From IMG/VR virus record IMGVR_UViG_2627853991_000003, positions 70 to 64,069 of that record: DNA of 64,000 nt; one strand, 5' to 3'. Made by a program: the position numbers and the translations under genes. This document shows positions 54,061 through 62,945 of the stretch, in pieces; position 1 is the stretch's first letter, and each line of letters begins with the position of its first letter. Under the pieces are notes generated by a model, which saw only the letters and a program-made list of their open reading frames with translations, searched no databases and had not been told where the DNA came from. This stretch comes from a virus.

Positions 54061-54675
54061 TCAGCCAATCGATTTGTGCATGGCAAAGAAACGAACGTAT
54101 TTCACATCGGTTAGAAGCGGCACAAGGTCAAATTCATCGAGATACATATCCGTAAACGGATCTTCGATGCCCGCTAGCGATTCCCTTACCTTGTGCAGAT
54201 TTCGTTGCAGCCTAAGTAGAAGCTCAACGTGGCCAAGTTGAATCTGACTAGACCTCACAAGGTCTGAAATGGATGAACTGACGTCGTCAATCCTCCTGCG
54301 TGTTTGTATAACCTTGGCTGACAACCGACGCCGCACACTCACATCCTCATTTCCGTACTTCTCAAATGTCTCGGGAGACAGCAGCGTTACCAGGTGTTCG
54401 ATCGCCTCAGCAGCTTCGTGAGCCAGCAATGTGACCTGCACAAAGCGCTCTTTGGAAAGTTGCTGCTCGTCCGCGATGCGACGTCGATCCTGAGCTTGTA
54501 ATTGGTAGGTAACGGTAGCGAAGCCAGCAATTATCGCACCGATGGAACCCACCGCTTGCACCCATGCGGCAGCCCCTTCGCTGTGAGCCCTGAACGCACA
54601 GCTAAGGAACGCTACTACAAGGCCGAGCGCACATAGCGCGAAGCCGACCTCGAGCCATTGCCAGACCTTCTTCAT
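54061..54675 (-). CDS. Membrane protein (2 N-terminal transmembrane helices plus cytoplasmic helical domain), unrelated to 5633..6213 but in the same slot
   Basis: Start MKKVWQWLEVGFALCALGLVVAFLS...AVGSIGAIIAGFATVTYQL. No domain match. Confidence 0.5.
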   Translation of the reverse strand: MKKVWQWLEVGFALCALGLVVAFLSCAFRAHSEGAAAWVQAVGSIGAIIAGFATVTYQLQAQDRRRIADEQQLSKERFVQVTLLAHEAAEAIEHLVTLLSPETFEKYGNEDVSVRRRLSAKVIQTRRRIDDVSSSISDLVRSSQIQLGHVELLLRLQRNLHKVRESLAGIEDPFTDMYLDEFDLVPLLTDVKYVRFFAMHKSIG

Positions 54676-54925
54676 CGCACCCCCCGCTTTATTTGGTGCG
54701 AATCGTAGCACGACGACTTGTCCCATATCCACACGAATTCCAGCGCTCCGGACACGTGGCTTCTTTGTGGCTTTCGTAAGCCCCTCACCGCAGTTCCCCG
54801 CCCGCCGCGCGCGGGATTTCCTCTCGGATAAGCGCGGCTTTTCGGCGGGGCGGCCCGTATGCGCGCCCCGCCATTTTTTACCGGAGATACCAATCAAAAC
54901 CGCTTCGAAGCTCATCGTCGCGGCC

Positions 54926-55075
54926 GTGCTGTTTCTCGTGCTGCTGTCGATCGTCACCCCGTGGCTGGTGAATCAGGACAGCAGCATCACCCTGCTCGCC
55001 GTGCCGTTCGTGTGGCTGGCGTATGCCGCCGCCTTTGTGAAGTTCACCCCCCCTCATTTCAAGGAGACCAAGTGA
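54926..55075 (+). CDS. Small 2-TM protein, copy 2
   Basis: Identical arrangement to 6470..6619, overlapping the SPFH GTG. Confidence 0.4.
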   Translation: MLFLVLLSIVTPWLVNQDSSITLLAVPFVWLAYAAAFVKFTPPHFKETK

Positions 55076-55884
55076 AACGCCTGTTTCTGATTCTGATCCT
55101 CGCGCCGACGATGTTCCTCGCGGCCGGCTGCGATAACGTCCCGGCCGGCTACGTCGGTGTGAAGGTGCAACGCTACGGCGACGACCGCGGCGTCAACGTC
55201 GAAGTGAAGGGGCCCGGGCGCTACTTCAACGGGCCCAACGTCGACATGTTCATCTTCCCGACGTTCACGCAGTCCTACGTGTGGGACAAAGCTGGCAAGT
55301 CCGACGAGTCGTTCACGTTCCAGACGGTGGAGGGGCTGTCGGTCAACACCGACATCGGCGTGAGCTACGCGATCCCGCGTGAGAACGCGCCCAAGGTGTT
55401 CCAGAAGTATCGGCGCGGAGTCGATGAGATCACGGGCGTCTACCTGCGCGCGATCGTGCGCGACGCCCTGAATCTCGCTGGCGCGTCGATGGCGGTCGAG
55501 GACGTCTACGGCAAGGGCAAGGCGGCGCTACAGCAGCGCGTCGAGGACGAGGTAAAGGCGAACGCCGCGAAGGTCGGAATCAGTGTCGAGAAGGTCTATT
55601 TCGTGAATCAGATGCGCCTCCCCGAGCAGGTCATGAACTCGATCAACGGGAAGATCGCAGCGACGCAGATCGCGCAGCAGAAGGAGAACGAACTGCGTGC
55701 AGCCGAGGCGGACGCGGCAAAGCAAGTCGCGATCGCCAAGGGCGAGGCCGAAGCGCTCGAGGTGAAAGCGAAAGCACTACGCGAGAACAGCCAAATCCTG
55801 CAACAGATGGCGATCGAGAAATGGGACGGCAAGCTCCCCCAGTACATGGGCTCGAGCAGCGTCCCGTTCGTCCAGATCAAGTAA
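55072..55884 (+). CDS. SPFH/band-7 (stomatin/prohibitin/HflKC-like) lipoprotein, intact
   Basis: GTG after AAGGAG. Signal with lipobox LAAGC. SPFH core ...YVGVKVQRYGDDRGV...FTFQTVEGLSVNTDIGVSYAI..., then a coiled coil rich in A/E/K. Confidence 0.8.
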   Translation: MKRLFLILILAPTMFLAAGCDNVPAGYVGVKVQRYGDDRGVNVEVKGPGRYFNGPNVDMFIFPTFTQSYVWDKAGKSDESFTFQTVEGLSVNTDIGVSYAIPRENAPKVFQKYRRGVDEITGVYLRAIVRDALNLAGASMAVEDVYGKGKAALQQRVEDEVKANAAKVGISVEKVYFVNQMRLPEQVMNSINGKIAATQIAQQKENELRAAEADAAKQVAIAKGEAEALEVKAKALRENSQILQQMAIEKWDGKLPQYMGSSSVPFVQIK

Positions 55885-56158
55885 CGAAATTCTGAGCGCG
55901 CGCCCGGCTCTCCCCTCGGATATGGGCGGCCTTTAAGGGTGGCCAGTTCGGCACCCTCTTTTTCCTCTGCGGAGATTCAAAAGCGGACGCTCGGCGGTGG
56001 CGGTTGGGTCCCGCCATTCCCTCAAATTGATGCCAAGCACTCATGCAACGCTGCCTTATGCGAGCGCTGAGTGTCCGCCCTTGAACCCCTGCTTGAGCTG
56101 GTGCCTGTACGGACCAGCACCTTTTTCGAATTCCAATGACGTGCATAAGGGCCAAGCC

Positions 56159-56866
56159 ATGAAAGAACTGCAACAAGCCGTCTCCACTGCCTTCTCGAAC
56201 ATCGTCGCGGCCGGCGCGATCGAGAAGGCGATCGAAGAAAAGTTGACGAAGACGATCACCTCGATCCTCGACGAAGAACTCCGCTCGTACTCGACCTTCG
56301 GCGAGCAATTGAAAGAGCACGTCAAAACCGCGCTGCAAGTCGATTTGCATAACCTTGGTCTGCCCGGATACAACGACCTCATTCTCAAGATCATCCGACA
56401 GCAGGTCGACGCGCAGTTGAACGCGACAATCGAAACGCAGATCGAGAAGCAAATGAAGGAGCTGCTCGCGCCCGCACCGGCCGAAATCAAGCTCTCGCAA
56501 CTCGTCGATGAATTCATCAAGGACGAGCATACCAATCGCCAGTACCTCCCGTGCTCGTGCGATGAGTCGGATCGGATCACGCTGATTGTTCGCGAAGAGG
56601 GTCTCGCCAGTTCGAAGTTCTACCACGTCTACCTGGACAAGGAGAGCAACACCGAATACTACAAATGCCCGTATCGGATCGACGTCCACGACGGCCGGGT
56701 GTACAGCGTTCAGATCGATCAAAAAGACCCGAGCAAAACGCTGTTTGCCGGCCCCATGCATGGCTTCAAGCGCCGCCTTTTCCAGCTCTATGCCGCCGGC
56801 ACGAGGCTGATCATCGACGGCGACGAGAACAGCATCAATACCTACTACCCCGGCCGCGACTATTGA
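56159..56866 (+). CDS. Hypothetical phage protein (236 aa)
   Basis: First gene of a rightward operon leading to xis-int. No motif. Confidence 0.45.
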   Translation: MKELQQAVSTAFSNIVAAGAIEKAIEEKLTKTITSILDEELRSYSTFGEQLKEHVKTALQVDLHNLGLPGYNDLILKIIRQQVDAQLNATIETQIEKQMKELLAPAPAEIKLSQLVDEFIKDEHTNRQYLPCSCDESDRITLIVREEGLASSKFYHVYLDKESNTEYYKCPYRIDVHDGRVYSVQIDQKDPSKTLFAGPMHGFKRRLFQLYAAGTRLIIDGDENSINTYYPGRDY

Positions 56867-56879
56867 ACGGAGGCACGAC

Positions 56880-57551
56880 ATGACGAATGAGACGACACCG
56901 CGCGCGAACGGCATCGTGAACCTGACGCAGTACGCATTCGAGCTTGTCGGCGCTGTCGACAGGCTGCCTGAGTCTCCGCAGCGCGACGAGGTACTGAAGC
57001 AAGCAAAGGCTCTTCGGCTCGACCTCGCGACCGCGACACGGGAATCGCTCTTCGACAGCTTCGTTTCGCTCGAAGGGCTGCGAGCAAAGCTGCTCGCACC
57101 GCGCGAGATCCAGCGCGACGAACAAGGCTGGCTGACGCATCCCGAGCTTCCCCTCTGCGACGAGGATGTACGCGTCGACAGGTTCCTTGAAGCGTTCGGC
57201 ATCGAATCGGCATTCATCAGCATGGAATCCGACGTCGATGCCGAAAGCTACGAGCAGTACTACGAGCGCGCTGACGCCGGTTGCAGCGCATGGACGCCGA
57301 CGCCACCCGATGGCGAAGGTTGGGTGCTGCTCGAGATCTACGACACCGAAGACGGCCCGCACGCGCTATTTGCACGTGCAATTCCCCCCAAGGTGCGCCG
57401 CGATCGCACACGGCATACAACGGAGCCTACCGGGCGCACACCCGCAGAACAAGCCGCCTATCGGGCGGGGTTCGACGAAGGTAAGAGACAAATGGCTCTC
57501 GTCGTCCTGCAATCGCGCAAGCCGATCGACAAGCTGTTGGAGGAACTTTGA
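56880..57551 (+). CDS. Hypothetical phage protein (223 aa)
   Basis: ORF with a protein-like acidic composition. Confidence 0.45.
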   Translation: MTNETTPRANGIVNLTQYAFELVGAVDRLPESPQRDEVLKQAKALRLDLATATRESLFDSFVSLEGLRAKLLAPREIQRDEQGWLTHPELPLCDEDVRVDRFLEAFGIESAFISMESDVDAESYEQYYERADAGCSAWTPTPPDGEGWVLLEIYDTEDGPHALFARAIPPKVRRDRTRHTTEPTGRTPAEQAAYRAGFDEGKRQMALVVLQSRKPIDKLLEEL

Positions 57552-58030
57552 GCGTGATGAAGAAATCGACGAACGCGAGCACCGAGGCGCAGCTCATTAC
57601 TCCGGCGGCGCTGACGGACGAGCAGCGAGGGTTGATCGAACGCGCAGAAGACCGCCTTCGCGGCCGCGGTGCCGAAGACGCAGATGCAGCGAATGGGCTA
57701 CTCGAGGTGTTGATTGCCCATCCTGCCCGGCCCATCGCCCATGACGAGGCAGCGCAACCCGAGAAGAGCTGCGCTGACGCGCCATACGGCAACGCCGAGA
57801 AAGCCGAAGATATGCGGATGATAAAGCTCGTGTTGGACGACTACACCCGCAACGGCATCGCCACGATGACTGAATCAGAGAAGGTCTCCTACTTGTCCGC
57901 GTCGCTGCTGTCCGCTTACCAACTGCTTCGAAGCGTCGTGGGCGATGAGTGGGTCATGGGATGGCTTGAAGCGGCTTTGCACGAAGTGATGACCACGCCG
58001 TGTGCGGTCGAGATCCGCAAACCGTCTTGA
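57548..58030 (+). CDS. Hypothetical phage protein (about 160 aa)
   Basis: The start overlaps the previous stop. Confidence 0.4.
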   Translation: MSVMKKSTNASTEAQLITPAALTDEQRGLIERAEDRLRGRGAEDADAANGLLEVLIAHPARPIAHDEAAQPEKSCADAPYGNAEKAEDMRMIKLVLDDYTRNGIATMTESEKVSYLSASLLSAYQLLRSVVGDEWVMGWLEAALHEVMTTPCAVEIRKPS

Positions 58031-58044
58031 ATCGAGGTTCGACC

Positions 58045-59628
58045 ATGAACGACCAACAACAGAGCCGCGCTGATGCGCTGACGGACGAGCACATCGCGAC
58101 GCTGAAACTGGCTGCGCGCGCAGTTACGCCGCAGGACATCGACGGCGCAGAACGAATCGAAAGCCGGCCTGATGGCAGCTATATCACATGCCCCGCATGC
58201 GAAGGCGAAGGCTGCATTCCGTTCGAATCGGATTACTGCAATTACGACCATGTGGCGATCGGCGTGCAGTTTTACGGTGTCGGCACGGAACCGGGGGCGG
58301 CCGAGGCGTATTTCCGAGCCGCGAAGCCAGCGACGATCCTTGCGCTCCTCGACCGCCTCGAACGCGCAGAATCGGCCCTCGCCGCACCCCCTGTCGAGCA
58401 GCCCGCAGCAGCGCCGGCCGACGACGCGTGTAAGCGCTGCGGATCGACTACCGCGCAGGCGTGCAACGACGCTGGGTGCTTCTATCTCGAATCGGGTGAT
58501 GGCGAGCCGTCGGCAGCGCCGGCCGACGAACGGGCGGTGTCGTTCGAGGCGTGGTGTGATCGCTTTCCGGAAATCAGTGCAGTCGAGCGGTTGCGGGATG
58601 CATGGCAAGAAGCACGCGCGGCAGCATCGCCCACTGCGGAGGCGGTGCGCCTGACAGACGAACAGCGCCGTGTGCTTGTCGAAGTGGCGCAGATGTTCAA
58701 GGGAACCGATCGACGTCGCGCGGTCCTCAATGAGCTGGCAGGTATTGCAGCCGCCCCTCAACCCGCTCACGCAGAGGCAGCATCGCCCGCTGCGGAGGGT
58801 GAGACGGAAGATCACGAATGCGTGTACGAGAACGGCGATGGTGTGTGCCGCCAGTGCGCGGAATTGGCAAAGCATCACCGGGCAGCAGCATCGCCCGCTG
58901 CGGAGCGAGTGACCGCCGCCCTCCAAGCGTTGTCAGCCGATGTCCATACTCTAGGCGACGGTTGGGCGAACGACGAAGCGATGATCGGTCTCGCAAAAAA
59001 GTACCTGCGAGTCGAGCCCAAGCCTGCATCGCCGGAACTTTCCCTATGGCGAGATTTTGTGCTCCTTGCCGTAACCGACGCCGCCCCGCAACCCGCGCAG
59101 GCCGACGCACCGGCCCATGCGGCGGAATGCCCGCATTGCGACGGCGAAGGGGTGATCGAGGGCGACAGCGGAACGAGTCCGTGTGCCTGCCAGCGGGATG
59201 CGCAGGAAGGTATGCCGACCTTTGGCGCACGAAGGGCGCAGGCCGACGCACCGGCAGAGGCGCGCGAGCGCGACGATCCTGAACTGATCGCGGCAAGCAA
59301 CAAGGGCTATGCGGCCGGACTGCGCGACGGAAAAGCGCTTGGCGCTTGCGGTCCGCTGGCCCCCGCCGATGCGGGAGAGGCGGCAGCGTGGCGCTATCGA
59401 ACGAGCGGCGATAACTGGTGCTATTGCGATGGAGACCCCGTCCATGTCTGCGACCGCGATTACGAAAAGCAACCTCTTTACACCGCCCCGCCCGCCGCGA
59501 GGGTGGCGAGCCTGACGAACAGCCAGCGCGAGGCAATCGAGTTTGCAGCCAAGACAATGGAGGCGCGCATGTTAAATGCCCATGCCTGTGTGCTCCGCGC
59601 CCTTCTCAATGGAGCCGACAAATCATGA
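58045..59628 (+). CDS. Cys-cluster-rich repeat protein (527 aa), unknown function
   Basis: Multiple CxxC...C motifs (CPACEGEGC, CKRCGSTTAQACNDAGC, CVYENGDGVCRQC, CPHCDGEGV...CAC, CYCDGDPVHVC). Three AASP(T/A)AE repeats. Confidence 0.5.
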   Translation: MNDQQQSRADALTDEHIATLKLAARAVTPQDIDGAERIESRPDGSYITCPACEGEGCIPFESDYCNYDHVAIGVQFYGVGTEPGAAEAYFRAAKPATILALLDRLERAESALAAPPVEQPAAAPADDACKRCGSTTAQACNDAGCFYLESGDGEPSAAPADERAVSFEAWCDRFPEISAVERLRDAWQEARAAASPTAEAVRLTDEQRRVLVEVAQMFKGTDRRRAVLNELAGIAAAPQPAHAEAASPAAEGETEDHECVYENGDGVCRQCAELAKHHRAAASPAAERVTAALQALSADVHTLGDGWANDEAMIGLAKKYLRVEPKPASPELSLWRDFVLLAVTDAAPQPAQADAPAHAAECPHCDGEGVIEGDSGTSPCACQRDAQEGMPTFGARRAQADAPAEARERDDPELIAASNKGYAAGLRDGKALGACGPLAPADAGEAAAWRYRTSGDNWCYCDGDPVHVCDRDYEKQPLYTAPPAARVASLTNSQREAIEFAAKTMEARMLNAHACVLRALLNGADKS

Positions 59629-59882
59629 ACTGCAATTGCATAAGCAAGATCGAGATCAAACTGGCCAAACGCTACAGCGAAGAACTCGGCGTGGACGCTT
59701 CGGCCGACTGCCAATCGGCCGGATTCTCCATGTCTGACAATTCGATACGCGTGATCCACAAGACCGAGTTCAAGATCGTCGCGCAGGCGAAAGGATTCAC
59801 GCGCGGAAAGCTGATTCCGGTCATTTCCAGCTACTGCCCGTTTTGCGGCAAGTCAACTGCCGAGGGAGCCAGCCATGGCTAA
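59625..59882 (+). CDS. Hypothetical small protein (85 aa)
   Basis: ATGA overlap with the upstream gene. CxxC...CPFCG. Confidence 0.35.
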   Translation: MNCNCISKIEIKLAKRYSEELGVDASADCQSAGFSMSDNSIRVIHKTEFKIVAQAKGFTRGKLIPVISSYCPFCGKSTAEGASHG

Positions 59883-60117
59883 GAGGCAACTTGGAATCGC
59901 GCGCAGCAGCGTGCGCCCGGAATGGAGAATGCGCACTCATCCGTGGCTTGACATGAACACGCTCAAGCCGAAGTACAGCGTGCAGGCTTACGAGCCGAGT
60001 CTGAAGAAATGGGCGCATGTCTACGACGGCGGAACGAATAAGGCATTTTTCTTCGAGTCGTCTGAGGATGCCGCCGACTTCATCAAAGAAGTGAGGGAAG
60101 TCGACCATGCCGAATAA
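59875..60117 (+). CDS. Hypothetical small protein (80 aa)
   Basis: Overlapping start. Confidence 0.35.
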   Translation: MAKRQLGIARSSVRPEWRMRTHPWLDMNTLKPKYSVQAYEPSLKKWAHVYDGGTNKAFFFESSEDAADFIKEVREVDHAE

Positions 60118-60445
60118 CGACGCGCTGACGGTCAGCGAATGTCAGGTGATCAGCCGCGCAGCAGACGAGGCCCGACATTCCTGCCAGTACAAGCTTGCGG
60201 AAGAACTGGAAGCAATTCTCGCCCCCCATCCGAGCCAGCCGGAGCCGCGCTCCGAGGTGACGGATGACGACAAGCTCTGCGCAGAGCGCTATCGCTGGCT
60301 GCGGGAGCGAGCATGGTATGTCGATGCGGCTACGTACGCGCTTGAACTACGTGAGCGCTGGCGCAGCGGCAATGAGCCGCCGCCAGATGTAGACGAGGTG
60401 GAATGCGCCCTCGACGCCGCCCGCACCCAAGGGAGCAAATCGTGA
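60107..60445 (+). CDS. Hypothetical small protein (112 aa)
   Basis: Overlapping start. Confidence 0.35.
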   Translation: MPNNDALTVSECQVISRAADEARHSCQYKLAEELEAILAPHPSQPEPRSEVTDDDKLCAERYRWLRERAWYVDAATYALELRERWRSGNEPPPDVDEVECALDAARTQGSKS

Positions 60446-61386
60446 GCGAGAACAGCAAAATCGAATGGTGCGACCACACATTCAATGCGTGGATCGGCTG
60501 CACGAAGATATCTCCCGGCTGCGACCACTGCTATGCCGAGCGCGAGCGCGCCAGCACGGCACTTCGCGTGGTTTGGGGCGCTGGCAATCCGCGCCATCGC
60601 ACGGCCGCGTCCACCTGGAACAATCCGAAGCGATGGAATGCACGTCACGGGGAGTTCTTCGCGAAGCACGACCGCCGCCAGCGCATATTCTGCGCGTCGC
60701 TCTCCGATGTATTCGACAACGCTGTGCCGCCCGCATGGCGCATGGACTTGTTCAGGTTGATCGGAGACACGCAGAATCTCGACTGGCTACTGCTGACGAA
60801 ACGGATCGGCAACGCTGCGGCAATGCTGTGCGAGATCGGGCTCGATCGCCTGCCGGATAACGTCTGGCTCGGCGCGACGATCGTCAACCAGGAAGAGGCC
60901 GACCGCGACATCCCGAAGCTGCTCGCAGTACCCGCGCGCGTGCGCTTCCTGTCGATGGAGCCGCTACTTGGGCCCGTGGATCTGGCGTCGAGCGGGGCTC
61001 TCTGGTCGGACATGAATGGGAACATCGTAGACGCACCCTCTCGTGGGCTGCGAGGTGTCGACTGGGTAATCGCCGGCGGCGAAAGCGGCCCCGGCGCGCG
61101 GCCAATGCACCCCGCCTGGGCCAGATCGCTGCGGGACCAGTGCGCAACCGCGAGTGTCCCGTTCCTGTTCAAGCAATGGGGCGAATGGTGTCCGCGGGGT
61201 CCAGAGAGTATGGGCTACCCGCTTGCCGACAACGCGCCACGTCGGCGGATCACCGACGTCGGAGAAAGCGGTCAGCGGCTCGGCGCACGCGGCGGCAGCG
61301 ATTGCTGGATGCAACGCGCAGGCAAGCGCGCCACCGGCCGCCTGCTCGACAGCCGCACGCATGACGAATTCCCAGAGGTGCGATGA
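60442..61386 (+). CDS. Phage Gp37/Gp68-family protein (DUF5131)
   Basis: N-terminal KIEWCDHTFNAWIGCTKISPGCDHCYAE is the family hallmark. Confidence 0.75.
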   Translation: MSENSKIEWCDHTFNAWIGCTKISPGCDHCYAERERASTALRVVWGAGNPRHRTAASTWNNPKRWNARHGEFFAKHDRRQRIFCASLSDVFDNAVPPAWRMDLFRLIGDTQNLDWLLLTKRIGNAAAMLCEIGLDRLPDNVWLGATIVNQEEADRDIPKLLAVPARVRFLSMEPLLGPVDLASSGALWSDMNGNIVDAPSRGLRGVDWVIAGGESGPGARPMHPAWARSLRDQCATASVPFLFKQWGEWCPRGPESMGYPLADNAPRRRITDVGESGQRLGARGGSDCWMQRAGKRATGRLLDSRTHDEFPEVR

Positions 61387-61397
61387 TCGGCCGGTCA

Positions 61398-61619
61398 CTA
61401 CAAACGTCGTGCCGCAATCTGGCGAGCAAGGACACGCGCCTGTTCAAGCGCCTGCTCGTCAGTCTCGTAGACGAACTCGCTATCGTGACGGGTCTCGACG
61501 GTCGCGGCTCCGTCTTCAAAGCGGTGGACAACCGAGATCGTACAGCCGCCACCCTGAACCGGCACTGTGGAAATTGCAAAATTGTGTCGACCGATCGAAA
61601 AGTTTTCCGTAGCCATCAC
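61398..61619 (-). CDS. Hypothetical small protein (73 aa)
   Basis: ORF with an ATG. No motif. Confidence 0.35.
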   Translation of the reverse strand: MMATENFSIGRHNFAISTVPVQGGGCTISVVHRFEDGAATVETRHDSEFVYETDEQALEQARVLARQIAARRL

Positions 61620-61679
61620 AGTCCCCTTGTTTTGCGAGTGACCCGAGCACGAGAGAACTTCAGATCCGCCACAACGGCC

Positions 61680-61997
61680 TCACGGCGTACGCGATCCTCG
61701 ACGGCGAAGATGCGATTGAAGCGTTACCCAACTGTCGCGCCATCTACTCGTCGTCGAGCCTCGTCTCGTCGGAACCCAATCACCAGTTCGTGCGCAATCG
61801 TCACGCCGGCCGGTAGCATGCGAATCGGAGCCTCGAGAAATCGCACGTCGCCATCGCGCGCGGACGATCGACATGCTCACGAGCACGCGCGGGCCAAGCG
61901 CATCGCCCTCACGCTCGATCGCCTCGATCTCAACGTCGTAGCCGCGGTACGTGAATCGCTCGAGCATAGCCTGCCTCAACCGTAACGCGCGAGCCAT
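61680..61997 (-). CDS. Small protein whose N-terminal about 40 aa is paralogous to the neighbouring 61976..62185 product; the C-terminal part looks non-protein-like
   Basis: MLERFTYRGYDVEIEAIEREGDALG... parallels MKHLFTMRGYHVDCAPRATEGGQFA... Confidence 0.3.
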   Translation of the reverse strand: MARALRLRQAMLERFTYRGYDVEIEAIEREGDALGPRVLVSMSIVRARWRRAISRGSDSHATGRRDDCARTGDWVPTRRGSTTSRWRDSWVTLQSHLRRRGSRTP

Positions 61998-62185
61998 TCA
62001 ACGGCGAACGACCGCGCCCGTTCGACGGCCGCCTCTTCGGTTTCGTAAGCCCCGAGATTCTTGAACGACGCCTCTGGGTTGTAGCCGATGTAGGTGAACG
62101 TCACCTGAGCAGCGAACTGGCCGCCTTCCGTCGCGCGCGGAGCGCAGTCGACGTGATAGCCGCGCATCGTGAACAAATGCTTCAT
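61976..62185 (-). CDS. Hypothetical small protein (69 aa), paralogue of the upstream gene
   Basis: MKHLFTMRGYHVDCAPRATEGGQFAAQVTFTYIGYNPEASFKNLGAYETEEAAVERARSFAVEWL. Confidence 0.4.
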   Translation of the reverse strand: MKHLFTMRGYHVDCAPRATEGGQFAAQVTFTYIGYNPEASFKNLGAYETEEAAVERARSFAVEWLARYG

Positions 62186-62265
62186 TTGAATCAGATCATG
62201 AAACTAACCGGGAGATCGTAGCACTCCCGGGTTTCATGAATCTGACGGCGCGACGCGCGCGGGCG

Positions 62266-62502
62266 TCAGTGCTGGATTGAATTCACCACAAGCCATACGC
62301 GGGATGCTGTCTCGCCCGTCAAAACACGAGCAAACGCAGCACCGCACGTCGAGCACTCGTAGTGCTCTTCTCGACATTCGCCTTGGAACACGCCTGCACC
62401 GACCATCACGAGATGCTTCGGCTTTATGGTCGACGGTTGCCCGTGCAGTTCGGTGCACTCGGCGCACGCCTTAATCGTCTCGAACGCCACAGCCATCCCC
62501 AT
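62266..62502 (-). CDS. Hypothetical Cys-rich (zinc-ribbon-like) small protein
   Basis: CAEC...C...C...CSTCG spacing. Confidence 0.35.
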   Translation of the reverse strand: MGMAVAFETIKACAECTELHGQPSTIKPKHLVMVGAGVFQGECREEHYECSTCGAAFARVLTGETASRVWLVVNSIQH

Positions 62503-62645
62503 AAGTTTTGAAATCGAAATTCAGGAAATCCTAGCATGAGCAACAGCAGAAAAATGGACCGATTTGGCCCGAAACGGCAGTGCGTCAAAAGGCCGTCGAG
62601 CGCTCACCGGTTCGATGACCGCACACAGATCAGATTTAGGGAGAC

Positions 62646-62945
62646 GTGGCAATGATCGCCGCCTTCGCATCCCGGTACGTCACGGTACTCAAGTTCTGTG
62701 AAATGACCGGCTATACGGAAGACGCAGTGAAATCCAAACGCCGCGACGGTGTGTGGCTAGAAGGTCAACTGTGGGTGAAGGCGCCGGACGGGCGCATTTT
62801 AATTGATATTGAGGGGTATGAAAGATGGGTAGAAACGGCACGGGTGTCCGCGCCATTAGTGGCAGTTCGATCGAAGTCACCTTCACCTATAAGGGCGTCC
62901 GTTGTCGCGAGCGCATCCGCCTCGAGCCCACTCCCGCTAACCTAA
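62646..62945 (+). CDS. xis: Excisionase-like DNA-binding protein (Xis)
   Basis: ...YVTVLKFCEMTGYTEDAVKSKRRDGVWLEGQLWVKAPDGRILIDIEGYERWVE is the Xis/AlpA pattern. Directly upstream of, and overlapping, int. Confidence 0.55.
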   Translation: MAMIAAFASRYVTVLKFCEMTGYTEDAVKSKRRDGVWLEGQLWVKAPDGRILIDIEGYERWVETARVSAPLVAVRSKSPSPIRASVVASASASSPLPLT

